From Eledone cirrhosa (lineage: Eukaryota), in the NCBI GenBank assembly GCA_964016885.1, contig OZ024742.1, positions 83,762,001 through 83,826,000 on the forward strand: a DNA stretch of 64,000 bases, written 5' to 3'. The notes under the pieces are model-generated. The model saw only the letters and a list, made by a program, of their open reading frames with translations, ran no database searches and was not told the DNA's origin. Position numbers and translations under genes: made by a program. This document shows positions 39,059-52,030 of the stretch, piece by piece (position 1 is the stretch's first letter; every line of letters starts with the position of its first letter).

Positions 39059-40288
39059 ATGGGTAGAAATAACAAAATTGCCATGGTGATATCCATCGAT
39101 GAAATTTGCGACAAAACTGGTCGATGTCCAAAAATAGAACATTGCCCGGAAGATCACACCTGCCATATCTGTACGGAACCCGAAAACTCGTTCCGTAATC
39201 GTTGGGTCGAATGTGGAACCTGTCGCATCTATGTCTGCCTTCAATGCGTCACAGGCTTCCGGAAGATCCCAGGCCAAAATAAGAAACATCACATTGCTAC
39301 GATGGATAGACTCTGGGAGATGGTCCAGCTAACAAACTGGTCCTTTCAGTGCCTGGACTGTATGCCTGCTTCTCCCATTGCTGCGGAACAACAACAAAGA
39401 CCGAAGATCGTGTCTTCTACCATTGTTCCTGAACAACAACAACAAAAACCGAGGATCGTGTCTTCCTCTACCATTGTCGCTGAACAACAGCAAAAACCAA
39501 CGACCGTAGCTTCTGCTACTACCCCCGTTGAAGGACTTCATCAACAACAGCAACCTATGTCTTCCTCACCCGTTACTTTTCAACAACAACAACCGACGAC
39601 TGTGTCTTCTACCATGCCTGTTGAAGGAGAAGAACAACAACAAAAACCGACCGTCAATACGGAGTTTGAGGAAATACGGCAAATGATTTCCGCTTTAAGT
39701 CAAGAAATAGCGGAAATAAAATCAAGCGTTCGTGTAGAACCCCACAATGAGGGATCTTACCGGAGTGCCTTGTTAAAAAATCTCTGCGTACCTCATGTTG
39801 AACCTAGACGCATTGAGAATGCCACTGAATCTGCAAACCACGAAGTGATTGCCATTGGTGTGCCGGAAGACATAGTTGATCTTCAGGCATTTGCTGCCAG
39901 TTCATCCAAAGACCTGGGCTGTGCTCCCGCAAAGGGTGCTCTACGCCTTGGCCGACCAGCCCCGAAACCCAGGTTATTTAGACTGTCGTTTTCAAACTCG
40001 GCTGAGGCACGTTCATACCTTGTAGCCTCTGATAAAGCTAGGCGTGAAAGTCGGATTGCTTTCCGAACACGTCCTGGTCTTCCACCTGATGTCCGCCCAA
40101 AGTTGCGTGCTGCAGCTTCCCTAAACCGCAGCTCGGCAGAACATGAAAGCTTCAGCCTATGAGATGATGGGCAGATATGGAAGTTTGTTAAGGCTGGCGA
40201 ATCATGGAAAAGAGACACCAGCTGGTCTGAAAACAGTGTACCCACAACAACTGACAATAAAGAAACTGAAAAAACTCTGGGAAACTAA
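39059..40288 (+). pseudogene. CR1 ORF1 (PHD finger, Q/P/T-rich repeats, coiled coil, RRM-like C-terminus)
   Basis: CHIC...WVECGTC..YVCLQC...WSFQCLDC; EFEEIRQMISALSQEIAEIK; RLGRP...RLFRLSF. The TGA at 40160-40162 is probably a CGA>TGA mutation, since the frame continues DDGQIWKFVK... to TAA at 40288. Confidence 0.8.
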
Positions 40289-40347
40289 ATCAGAACAACC
40301 TGCCATCCCCTGCACATAATCATAGACTGGAATCAAAGTACAAACTG

Positions 40348-43084
40348 TTGTCCTTGAATGCACGTAGTCTATGCAATAAGATTCATCTTTTTGACTCCTA
40401 CGTCAAAAGTATCAACCCGGACTTCATTACAGTCACGGAAACTTGGGCACATCCCTTACTCTGTGATGGGGTTTTCAGCATGACTGGCTACAACCTGTTT
40501 CGTAAAGACCGTATTAATCGTCGTGGTGGTGGTGTAATGGTCTACGTTCGGTCAAATCTGTCGGCAATTCCTTGTGCTGATTTGAACCAATCACAGCAGG
40601 AAGTTTTTTTCTGCGATATATGTATGACCATGTCAACACTGCTACTTGGAGTCGTTTACCGTCCCCCAAATTACCATCAGGACACTCAACTTTGTGATAT
40701 CCTCAGAGCTGCTGCCTGGAAGACAGCCACTTATGTTTTCATTGCAGGTGACTTCAATCACCCTGAGATTGACTGGGAGACCTTTCGTTGGCCGCCAAGT
40801 GCAAATGACTTCCTTGAGCTGGTGCTGGACTCGAGTTGGTCCCAGGTGGTCACCTCCCCAACGAGAGGTGACAACACTTTGGACCTACTCTTCACCACTA
40901 CTCCTGAAACGGTCATTAGTGTTACTGCTGAGGAACCTTTAGGTGACTCTGATCATGCTATGATCATTGCCAATCTATCCCTCATGGGCAGTAACAAGAA
41001 CCACAACCATCTCCAAACTGCTCACTTTGACTGGAATAAAGCAGACTGGAACTGTTACTGCACCGAGTTGCAACGGCCAAACTGGCTTGAGTTCTATGAC
41101 TCTGGAGATGTCAACACTGTACTCCAGAACATCCTGAGCTCAATATGGACAGCATGTGCAGCATCGGTGCCACGTAAGCGGAAAAAACATCCTAAAAGCG
41201 CAATTTGGGAGACTGCAGCAGTCCATCTTGCCAGAAAAGAACGGCGCAATGCTGAACGTGAGTACAAACTTCACAAATCAGACATTAATAGGAAGAGGCG
41301 AAATAAATCGTCCAACCACCTCAAACAGGTGACAAAAAAGGCAGTGCTTCAATTTGAGCAGCGCATAGCAACCAGCCCTGACAGTAAGGTGTTCTGGAAG
41401 TATGTTCACTCAAAGCAGAGGCCTCACTCTCCAGTTGGTCCTCTTCGCAATCCCCACACAAGCCAGGTTACTGACGACCCCAAGGAATGCGCAGAGCTCA
41501 TTGCTGAATGCTATGCAGGCATTTTCACCATTGAAGACCAGAGTGTACCATCTCCACCACCTATGACACCGGACTCTATTACAACCATGGAATTTACACC
41601 TGCAATGCTGCGACGTCACCTAAAAAATAAACGCAACCATGCCTCTCCTGGTCTTGATGGTGTTACGTACCTGCTTCTTAAACGTGGTGGGTACTTCCTT
41701 CTACACCAGTTATCACGCTTCTTCCAATTCTGTCTGAACAACAGTGCTACTCCAGAACAGTGGAAAACTGCCAGTGTCATTCCTCTGTTCAAAAAGGGTG
41801 ACCGCACATCACCTGTGAACTATCGTCCAGTCAGTCTTACTAGTTGCATCGCCAAACTGATGGAATCCTGTGTCAGAGAAACACTTTGGAACTTCTGGAG
41901 CTCTCAGTCTTATCCGGCCCTCGCAATTTGGATTTATCCCCAACTCCAGCTGCTGTGATCAACTTATAGAGTTTCTTGATGGCGGCTCATGGGTGGATGT
42001 TGTTTACCTTGACTTTGCGAAGGCCTTCAATTCTGTGCCACACAAAAGGCTTATGGCAAAACTCTCTGCAATGGGTGTGAAGGATGATCTTTTTAACTGG
42101 TTGAAGTCCTTCATTCTCAGTCGAAGAGAGGTAGTCACGGTTCTGGGACAGCATTCCTCACCATATGAGATGTCATCTGGTGTACCTCAGGGATCTGTTC
42201 TTGCCCCCCTTTTGTTTGTGGCATATATTAATGACATAGATGCCAACTTAAGGAATGCCACAGTACTAAAGTACGCAGACGACATCAAGCTGTACCTTGA
42301 GATAAAAAGGACAGATCCTGAACACTATAGATCTTGCTTGCAGTCTGACCTGGACACAATGCAACAGTGGATCTCAGACTGGCAACTCAAGCTAGCTGTG
42401 GACAAGTGCACCACCATGCATTTTGGGAGTAAAAACCCAGCGTCCACATACTCCCTCCACAGCACTAATATCAAGAAGTCTTCCTGTGAACGTGACCTGG
42501 GCATTACGGTCAGCAGCGATTTGCGTTGGACGAGGCACGTCTCTAAAATTGTCAAGAGGGCCGAGGGTGTCTTAGCATCACTCAGCAAGACCTTTGTCAG
42601 CCGCTCTCCAGATATCTATTTAAGGCTGTATACAGCTATGGTGCGACCACACTTAGAATTTGCATCACCAGTCTGGAACCCCTATCTTGCTCAGGACATT
42701 GACCGCCTGGAAACTGTTCAGAGACGTGCAACCAAGCGAATACCCTCCATCAGGCATCTACCATACTCTGAGCGCCTTGCTTCCCTGGGCATGGATTCAT
42801 TGAAGCTCCGACGCCTGGCAACTGACTTGGTAAACACCCACAAAATTGTTAACCATGTTGCCAACAACAACCCTGAGTGCCTTTTCGATTTCCATGTGTC
42901 TAACACACGTGGACATGCCCACAAAGTAAGAAAACAGCACAGTTCCCATGACTTTCGGAAACATTTTTTCACGCTCAGAGTTGCTGAAACATGGAACAAA
43001 CTACCTGCATCAGTTGTTAGCTGTCGAGACACTGCATCCTTTAAGGCCTCCATGCTTCCCGAGATCCGCCAACACTACAGCTAA
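40348..43084 (+). pseudogene. CR1 ORF2 (APE endonuclease + RT), frameshift near 41905 and short deletion near 41980
   Basis: LNARSL, VTETW, GVVYRPP, GDFNHP, LDLLFT, SDH; SPGLDG, NYRPVSLTS; YLDFAKAF, SGVPQGSVL, YADD, VRPHLEFASPVWNP. Confidence 0.92.
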
Positions 43085-43730
43085 CACATACAAACATGTA
43101 CTTCCCTGACATTTGTGTATTATTCTATGTACTATATTGACGAGTTGTAGTGCACCTGAGCACTTTACACAATAATTTCATTATTATTATCCTTCTCTCT
43201 TCTTAGCTGGCTTCAACCTGAGCTGATGAGAATGGTCTAATCCAAAGGTTCTCAACGGGGGGGCATATGCACCCCCAGGGGGCGTTTCGGAAATCCAGGG
43301 AGGCGTTTGGGAGCAAGGGGGCATTAGGGGGGGGGGGGGTGGAGCTTTGGAGTGCACTGGAAGGATCTTTACTTTGGTAAGTTTTATAAGCCATATTTGT
43401 ATGTCTTTGAGACAGCCAGTGTGAATGCATTTGAATGAGCATGCAGACAGCATAACTATGGTCTGACCGCAGCTGTGAGCAGGTGTGCAGGCGTGTTTAG
43501 ACATTAACCGGCAATTGAGAATCTAACAATGGAGAAACCCACAGTCAACTGGGTCAAGGACACTTCAATCGCAGCCAGTTAGAATCTTGTCTTTCCTTCA
43601 CCGATAACAATGTATTTCATGTCTGAAATTATTGACTCAACCGTAATGAGTTAACACTATGTAGATCTATTTTATTTCCTATTGTATAAATAATATTACA
43701 AATAAAAAAAAATTTTTTAAACACAGAAGC

Positions 43731-44168
43731 GGGTAGCACACACATCTAGGACCACATACAACACATAATCAGATAATACACACATCTAGGACCACATACA
43801 ACACATAAGCAGGTAATACACACATCTAGGACCACATACAACACATAAGCAGGTAATACACACATCTAGGACTACATGCAACACATAAGGAGGTAGCACA
43901 CACATCTAGGACCACATACAACATACAGGAAAGTAATACATACATTTAGGACCACATACAACACATAAGCAGGTAATACAAACATCTAGGACCACATACA
44001 ACACATAATCAGGTAATACAAACATCTAGGACCACATACAACACATAATCAGGTAATACATACATCTAGGACCACATGCAATACATAAGCAGGTAATACA
44101 TACATCTAGGACTACCTACAACACACAGGCAGGTAATACATACATCTAGGACCAAATACAACACACAT
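43731..44168. repeat. 40-bp tandem repeat, 11 copies
   Basis: CACATCTAGGACCACATACAACACATAAGCAGGTAATACA recurs at exact 40-bp spacing from 43741 to 44141. Confidence 0.95.
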
Positions 44169-44169
44169 T

Positions 44170-45226
44170 GTATCATGTGCTACGGACGACGCTAGAACAA
44201 TGGTCGGCCAACATAAGGGTTTCGTCACTCCTCTGAAGAGAGAAAATCTATCTGTATTTGTTGTTTATTGTGTCATTCATAGACAACACTTGGCTGTGAA
44301 GAAACTCAGCAAGCCACTGAGCAAGTCCTTGCAGGTGGCCCTTGATGTCATCAATTTTATCAAACGGCATTCCCTCAATGAACGAATTTTCCGGCAACTG
44401 TGCCAAGATAATGACGAAGAATTCGTCAAGTTGCTCCTTCATAATGAAGTGAGGTGGCTTTCAAAGGGCAAGTGCCTTACTCACTTCTTTGAACTGTTTG
44501 ACTCATTGAGTTTCTGCGAGGACGCAACACAGAACTGTACAAGAGAACCCTCGGTGTGAGGCAAAACTGCGCTTACCTCACCGACATCATCGACAAATGC
44601 AATAGCGTCATTTTGGCTTTGCAGGGGAAGAAGATCACCTTGCTTAAAGCAAGGAGTGCTGTGAAAACATTCCTGGCCAAATTGAATGTCATCGAAAGGA
44701 ATCTTTGTTGACGGGAATTCTATAATTTTCCTAGTGTCGCCAATGTTCAAAACATTGTAAGCGATGACCAACTCCAAATTTATACCGCTCACCTCCGTGC
44801 GCTACAAGACAACATAAGAGAACGGTTTGTCGACCTTTTGCTGATGGAATCCCAATGTGGGTAGCAGATCCCCTCACAGCTAACGTCGATGATTTGGACA
44901 TTATATTTCAGGATGAATTCATTGAACTTCAAGCAGATGACATGATCAAAATTAGATTTCCCACAATCGGTGAACCCCTTTTTTGGATGCAAGAGGAAAT
45001 TCAGCATCGATTTCCACACCTACATGCAGAAGCTAAGAGATTTGCTCTGCCTTTTCCAAGCTCATACTTAGTCAAGAGGAGGTTTGGTGCTGTTTCCAGA
45101 CTGCACAGTAAGGCTCGCAACCGCTTCAATGTAATTACATGTGGAGATCTCCGGCTACATCTTACGAAAATCCAGCCTGACATCAAAGAGTTAGCTAGAC
45201 TCCATAAAGTTCAAGGGTCCCATTGA
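44170..45226 (+). pseudogene. Buster-type hAT transposase, C-terminal part, frameshifted
   Basis: SCATDDARTMVG, YCVIHRQHL, LLLHNEVRWLSKG, LPFPSSYLV, GDLRLHLTKIQPDI. Confidence 0.88.
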
Positions 45227-46935
45227 AATGAGGTCAAAGTTAAAGTAAGTTGATTTATCCGAAAACTTAGATATGCTATTGTTACAAAGCAAACTAACAA
45301 TTTTTTTTATTTGTAGTTGCAGTCTGACTGGACTGGAAACCATCTACTACAATTCACTTACTCATTTGTTGTATATATTTTACCATTTACTAATAAATAT
45401 ACCCTCCCGCATGGTCATGGAAACCCTCTTCTGTGGTCTCTAAGCTCACAAAGCAGAGGGGACATCAAGTTAGATATCAACATTTATTCTGTCTGTTTCA
45501 TTAAAGGGAAAATTGGAAAGCTTTGAAATGATATAATTGCCACTTTCTTCCAGATAAGAGCGCACTCTTTGGATAAACAGAGTTGCTCTTGTATAAATGT
45601 TCAAAATAGTTGGTATCGCCTGGTGGGAATATAACAAATTCAACTGGTCCTTATTCATAAAAAAGAACATTTATGTTCCTTATTTTGAAATGTATATATT
45701 TCCTTTCAAGGAATGAATGTATTTATACTCTCAGCTGCCTGCAATGGTATCTTTGGAATATTGTTAATCAATTTTTTAGTAATCTACAGATATCAAAATC
45801 AGTAGTATATTGAAAAATGGAAAAATAGGATGGGGGGGGGGGGGGGGGGGGATTTCGAGGGACAAAAGGGGGCGTTTGGCCTAAATGGATTGAGAACCCG
45901 TGGTCTAATGCCACTCTATAATACCCGTGGAATAGGCATGAATGTAGCAATCTTATTTCCTGAAGTTAAGAATATTAGTCATACATTGATGTATATTTAG
46001 GTATATGAAATATGAAGCAATAGATTCTGTGCATGACACGTGAGATATATAAATTTTTATTCATATTATTAAGTTGATATAAAAGACCTTAGAATGTCAA
46101 TATTTTAAGATATTTCAGACACAAGAATTTAAGAGATGAACATATTGCAAATAAACTGAGATGGAGATGCAAAAACAATTATTAAAATCAAAGAGCCTCA
46201 GATAGAGGAGTTGATAAGGTAGTGGGTTATGGGTTGAAGATCAATAATTCTTGTTACATCACTAATACTGCAGTTTGTCTATGGTTAGGGCTGGTTTAAG
46301 ACCTTTAGGAGCCCTGAGCACTGTAAAGATTATTGTATCCCCATATACTGAATATGGAAAAAACTTCCTGTATGCTATACTAGAAAAATAATCTCTATAG
46401 GGCCCTTCTTCACTTGGGGCTTAATTTGCTGAATGATTTATCTATGACTGTCTATGGATGAGTTACAAATGTCACATAATATAAAGATGTAAATATTAAA
46501 CAAGGATAGGCACAGGTTGATGCTGCATGCAGAGTTCCTTATGTTATTGTTAGGTTGCAGCCTGCAGAGAGATAGGCTCTATCACCCAAGCTGACTTGTC
46601 CAAGATATATTATGAGAAGTGTTCAGGAATGTCCCAATGAATTACAAAACATTGAAATCTTTCTAGATTTCTATACTTTTACATACATATTCACCTTATG
46701 TCCTATAAGTCTGACAAGTATTTAACCCTTTCTATACCAACCAGCCAAAAACTGCATCAGATTCTATGACACAAAACCACCCCTTTACTTGAATTGAAAC
46801 CTTCCAACATAATTTTATATAAAAACATTTTGTTATTTTACAAATATCCATCATAATGAAATTATAATTTGAGTAAATACTTCCTAAATTGTTCAGTAAT
46901 TAATTAGAGTACAAAATATTTTATTAGATATATTA

Positions 46936-47126
46936 TAATTGTTTCTACTATTGGCACAAGGCCAGCAATTACCCAGTACATTACTGGTACTTTATTTTAT
47001 CGTCCCCGTAAGGATGAAAGGCGTAGTTAACCTCGGCGGGATTTGAACTCAGAATGGCAAGGGCCGTAACTCTATGCGTCAAAGCATGGCATCCGACCCT
47101 CTACCGATACTGCCAATTCACCGCCC
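46936..47126 (-). mobile_element. Full-length tRNA-derived SINE with target-site duplication
   Basis: Head GGGCGGTGAATTGGCAGTATCGG (A box) and GAGTTCAAATCC (B box). Flanked by direct repeat ATTAGATATATTATAAT (46923 and 47127). An older SINE of similar type continues at 47140-47330. Confidence 0.88.
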
Positions 47127-47355
47127 ATTAGATATATTATAATGGTTTCTGATTTAGGCACAAGGCCAACAATTTTTGGAAAGGAGAAGTTTATTAAATC
47201 TACCCTACTAGAAGGCTTGATGCTTTAGACAATATTATATATTGTGCTTTATTAACCATGCAAGAATTAAAGGCAAAGCTAATTGCAGCAGGATTAGAAC
47301 TTAGAATGTAAAGGGATGTAATTTGAAATATGATAATAAAAGTGTTAAGCATGTT

Positions 47356-47772
47356 TAAATAATGAAATTATTGTGTATAGTGCTCAGGTGCACTACAACC
47401 CATCAAAGGTGCATGTATAGATCATAGAATAATGTACAAATGCCAGGAAAGTGAGCAGTGTATGATTCATCATATACATGTGTGCATGTGTATGGAGGGG
47501 GGATATCAGGTGTAGTGTTGGCGAATTTCAGGAAGCATGGAGGTTTTAAAGGATGCAGTGTCCTGACAACTAACAACCGATGCAGGTAATTTGTTCCATG
47601 CTTCAAAAACTCTGAGCATGAAAAAATGTTTCCGAAAGTCATGGGAGCTGTGTTGTTTTCTGACTTTGTAGGCATGTCCATGGGTGTCAGGCAAGATAGT
47701 TAATAATTTTGTGGGTGTTTACCAAGTCAGTTGCCAGATGTTAGAACTTCAGTGTATCCATGCTCAGGGAAG
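47356..47772 (-). mobile_element. CR1 LINE 3' fragment
   Basis: HGHAYKVRKQHSSHDFRKHFF...WNKLP, with the same 3' UTR as 32640-32810. Confidence 0.88.
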
Positions 47773-47874
47773 TAAATGATGTACTACTTTATGTGTATTC
47801 TGTATACATGTGTTTTTATGTTTGTGTGTAAGAGAGAGAGAGAGAGAGAGAATGTTAGAGTGAGGGTGGACAAA

Positions 47875-48056
47875 TACAATGGTTGGCTGAAAAGTTCATA
47901 GGCTATGAAGGAGTAATGCTAGTGCTGTGAAATCTTAATTTCATCTCTTCTTATTAATAACTGCACTGTTTCTTTCTAGGGACTATGTTGGAAAGTAAAT
48001 CTCATTCCATGAGAGTATCTTGGTCAGCCTATAAACCTTTCAGCCAACCCTCATAT
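47875..48056. mobile_element. Mariner-type MITE; second copy ~54040-54266
   Basis: Imperfect TIRs GGTTGGCTGAAAAGTTCATAGGCT / AGCCTATAAACCTTTCAGCCAACC with TA at the ends. Shared internal TTATTAATAACTGCA.TGTTTC. Confidence 0.7.
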
Positions 48057-49339
48057 TTCAGTAGTGTAAAGTAAAATAAATAGTTAGGAACTGTTCTGAG
48101 CAAGTTATCCAATACTTGCTCTCATGGAGAAATAGATGTAAAAGGATATAAAAATGATGATGATGATGATGAATTCCTTAGAGAGTCTTGGAGGCAGAGA
48201 CATCAAACATTGTTATTTATATAATATATCTGTTTATGAATTTGTTGATATTTGCAGAAAATGTTATTGATAAATAAATTTTCGAATTGACACAATCTAT
48301 CCAATATTTTGTGTAGTTTAAATTTATTTTATTATTTTTTTGTGCATACAATGTCAAGTATATAATTTTTGTCAGAGTAAAACATTTGTAGTGTCAGTGT
48401 TGGTTGATTCAATTTCAAACAATGTTTCTTTGAAATATATTCTCAGCCTGTTTTGTTGATGAAACTTAAGAACTTATCAATGTTTCTGTGTGTAATTTTT
48501 TCTCTTTTCTCCAAGAATCTGAGAAGACCTGATGCTTTAGATAATATTATATAATGTTTAAAGAGATTTAAAGTAAGAACTAACAATTAAATTTATTGTT
48601 ACAAAAGCTAGATAATCTTTGAATAATGTAGATTCTGTATTGTTTGCTTATTTTTCTTAAATTTTGTTATGTTTATACAAAAGAAAAAAATCTTTTCCTT
48701 TCAAAGATACTCATAAAATGAAATGAATTAAAAAAAAATGAAATGTTAATGCCACAGACTGGGAAAGAGACAAACACTGTCGTCATTTTAATGTCCGCTT
48801 TCCCTGCTAGGAAGGGTTGCACAGGTCTATACAAACCAAGTCAGCACTTAAGCGGAGCCACTGACCTCCCAAGCAGGCCAGGGATCTGTGCCTTGCTTAT
48901 GTTTGAACTCAAATTTGTTTTAATTCATTTTAGGAGTTTTAATGCTAGAAAGTAATTTTATCTATTCTTGAAAATACAGCTATATACTTGTTTTCATTGG
49001 TCAGAATAGGTCCATAGATCTTAATTCTCTTAATATTTTGAGCATATGGATTTTTTTTATTCATCTAATATTTTCTAAAGCAATTGGACCAAGTAAATTA
49101 TAAATTTGCTTGGTTTCTCTTTTTCTTTTGTTCATTTGCAGCTCTGTATATATAGGACTCTTATGAACTTACCCCACATTAATTTTGCCAGTTCACTGGA
49201 GTTTCTTTTTAGTTTTTTTTACATTGGACTCAATTACAGCACTTTGCAATAACCTTATTATTAATGGGGCTCATGGAAAAGGGACAATTTAAACTGAAAA
49301 CACAAAGAGCCAAAACAGATGCCTCAAGGCATCTGTTTT

Positions 49340-50330
49340 TTCTTCTTCTCCTTCTTCCAGTTATTCCTGAATGGGTCATGGGTGTAATGTCCTTAAGCAC
49401 GTCTTCCAAAGAATCCTATCAGAAGCAACCATCTCTAATTGATCGAGCTGGATCCCCAAGCGAGACCACCCAAGCTCAGATGTTATCCAACCATCTTGCT
49501 TAGCGTCACCCATAAGTCTCCTTATATTCGAGATGTGATCTCTAAATTTGGAGAAGTAGTGGCTCTACTTAGAGTGGAGTGACTCTCTGGTTGACAAGCT
49601 AAACACTCTATTGAGTAACATTACTCCAAAGACCATTCAGAAGAAGCGCATTTCAGTTGCTTGCATTTGCGATAATTTTCTTTTAATCATTACCCATATC
49701 ACAGATAGCTGGTAGGTTTGCTGAAGTTTGTGTTGCAAATGTTTGGATCAATTGCATCACAGAATTCTAGGAGCCTCATTCCCTCTTCATTTCTTGAGCC
49801 ATAGCCATAATCACTGTGTACACAAGTGTAGCCATCCTTGTGTTGTTCAACATGTCCGTTGAAATTGCCTGCTATGATAATGAGGTCATAAGTTACTGAA
49901 GCTGCCTGTAAAAGTTACTTACAAAAACAGTCCTTTTGTTCCTTACTTAGTCCTGCTTGTGGTTCATAGCTAGAGATAATTCTTGTCATTCTATTGCCTA
50001 TGACTATTCTCAGTTTGATAATCCTGTCGCTAATCTAACTATTTCAATTACATTATCTATCCATTTCTCAGTTAGCAGAATGCCTACTTCACCCACCCCC
50101 TCTTCATTACCTATCCAGAAGAGCTTGTATCTAAGTTGCTTGCCAGGGAGAAGTCTTGCAGAAGCGCCTCTCTATCACACATCCTGAACATGGCTTACAG
50201 CCATTTGTTGCCTCTCAACCAACTCCACAATTTTGCCCGATCTACCTTTTAGTGTGCCTACATTACATGTAGCAGTTCTGAGATGAGTTACCTTGTAATG
50301 GTGCTTAGTCCTTTTTTAGTTCTTTGTACA
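49340..50330 (-). mobile_element. Decayed RTE-clade LINE fragments
   Basis: Minus-strand remnants WVMIKRKLSQMQATEMRF (~49700) and ATCNVGTLKGRSGKIVE (~50270, APE start). Confidence 0.55.
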
Positions 50331-50529
50331 TGACAGGGAATAAGGGTATACAATTGTTTGATGATGTTGAAGGAGTTTTCACACATGTCTAAGTTAGCCA
50401 CGCCACTACTGTGTGCAGCACTAACATGATTAGTGTTAGTGCTCTATGTATTAATGAGATTTATGTGTTGTACTTTGCATATTTTTGAGAAGGCTTTACT
50501 GACTAGATATCCTTCCTATCACCAACCAG

Positions 50530-50811
50530 GTGGTGTGCAGGAGAGAAGACTCCTACAGACATGTGATGTGCATGGATGATGATAGATGGGTGAAGAAGAC
50601 CCAGGAAATACCAGTAGAAGGAAGCCACAGTAGAGTTAGACCAAGGAAGACCTGGACATTGGTGGTGAGAGCTAACCTTAAATCACAGAGACTCACAAAA
50701 GAGTTGATGAAGGAACACGATGAGTGGAGAGATGCTGTGTTGAGAAAAAAAACCCCATCCAACACATGCAAGCATGGAAAAAATAGATGTAAAAACGATG
50801 ATGACGATGAT
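50530..50811 (+). mobile_element. RTE-clade LINE 3' end with (GAT)n tail
   Basis: HVMCMDDDRWVKK...VEGSHSRVRPRKTW...EWRDAV. Confidence 0.75.
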
Positions 50812-51123
50812 GTGTATATATATATATATATATGTAAGAGTCTTAAAGTATACACGTCTATTAGACATTTCATGATGGAATTCAGTATAATTATATATAT
50901 ACACACATATATATAAGTGTGTGTGTGTATATTTATTTTATATAGAAATGACTTCTCCAAGACTGGAAGTGAAAGTGCTAACACTGTAAAAATAATTTCT
51001 ATATAAAATAAATATGCTTATTCTCAACTAACATATTGCATATCTTATTTAACTGTTGCTATTTCCTGATCTCCTTTGAGATACCATCCTTAATTATCTG
51101 TCTATCTATCAATATATATATAT

Positions 51124-51328
51124 ATAGGAAAAGAGTCAGGACCCCGACGGCTGAGCTCTGGCTGTTTCGACAGCTAGATCCGAATGGTTTAGATCTAGCT
51201 GTTGAAACAGCTGGAGCTCAGCCGTTGGGGTCCTGACTATTTTCCTATCACCCACTCTACTACCGTAAGTATCAAGTACTCTGGTGTGTTGTGGTCCACC
51301 TGGTTTCTTACCACACTTTCTTTGTTAT
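51124..51328 (+). mobile_element. Third, diverged copy of the 696 fold-back family
   Basis: Palindrome 51124-51248 (GACCCCGACGGCTGAGCTC..TTTCGACAGCTAGATC / GATCTAGCTGTTGAAACAG..GCCGTTGGGGTC) plus the shared tail, in TA repeats. Confidence 0.8.
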
Positions 51329-51589
51329 ATATATATATATATAAATAACATGGTTATTGTTCTTTGGCTGGTTCGTGGTCTTTTGGGACTGGATTGATGC
51401 CCTGCCTATGGTCAACATTAGTGGTCTTCTCAGTCAGGACGAGCTCCGCATTTCCATTGTACTTTGAATGAGAGCCAATATCTATTGGGGTCGGAGATGT
51501 TGCTGAGGTAGGTTCCTCGACTCTGCAGGCCTTCATGGTTTGTCCTAATGCCTGAATACTGGTCACTTCACATGTCTTACCAAGCTAAA

Positions 51590-52030
51590 CTTGATCATTA
51601 AGAGGGCCTGAGCTTGGGTAAATATTCCCTCACTTCTGAAGCCGGCTGGATTATCTAGAAGTGATGGGAAGAGACCAGATGGTTTTACCCTTAGTCCTTG
51701 GGTAAGAGGCATATGTGTCATCTTGGACGCCAGTCAGTAACACTTTTGCTCTCTCCCACATCATCTATGCCATGGTAAATGTGAGGGTCATTGCTTCCAT
51801 TGCCGAACGGAATAAAATCCTTAAATACCGGGAACTATTAAATAATTATTTTTTCCAGCCTATGGAGTTGGAGATGGTTGGTGGAGCTGGGCTGCTGACA
51901 GTGAAGATCTTGTTATTTTTGGCAGCCAGTGTGCAGTGATGTCTGTCAGAGTGGCTGGTTGTTACAGCACCTTAGCCTTACCACCACCCACGGTTTGCTC
52001 GAAGTGTGTTTGGTTGCCTCAAAATTTCCT
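51590..52030 (+). mobile_element. CRE-clade non-LTR element RLE fragment
   Basis: PAGLSRSDGKRPDGFTLSPWVRG then TFA...AERNKILKYRELLNNYFFQPMELEMVG. Confidence 0.7.

Larger units (their letters stand above)
39000..43190 (+). mobile_element. CR1-clade LINE, near full length
   Basis: ORF1 with PHD finger, ORF2 with APE + RT, 3' end ATAATTTC(ATT)n. 5' boundary is approximate. Confidence 0.9.
43243..45902 (+). mobile_element. hAT transposon (Buster/Charlie group), internally deleted
   Basis: TIRs CAAAGGTTCTCAAC / ATTGAGAACCCGTG. 8-bp TSD GTCTAATC (43235-43242) / GTCTAATG (45903-45910) with central TA. Transposase remnants inside. Confidence 0.9.

Noticed and set aside
43222-43242. CTGATGA followed, after removing the hAT insertion, by hairpin GAATGG..CCACTC
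   Set aside because: No GAAA or stem III follows at 45917 (reads TATAAT), so it is not a supportable hammerhead.
43731-44168. Regularly spaced 40-bp repeats resembling a CRISPR array
   Set aside because: No unique spacers, eukaryotic context, no cas genes; it is a simple tandem repeat.
46990-47126. tRNA gene suggested by A and B boxes
   Set aside because: No cloverleaf. The boxes are the head of a multi-copy SINE with TSD.
50843-50890. Minus-strand CTGAA...GAAA-TGTCTA-A-TAGACGT hairpin next to TA repeats
   Set aside because: Core lacks G8/A9, stem II does not pair and the triplet would be GUG. At most a highly decayed motif.
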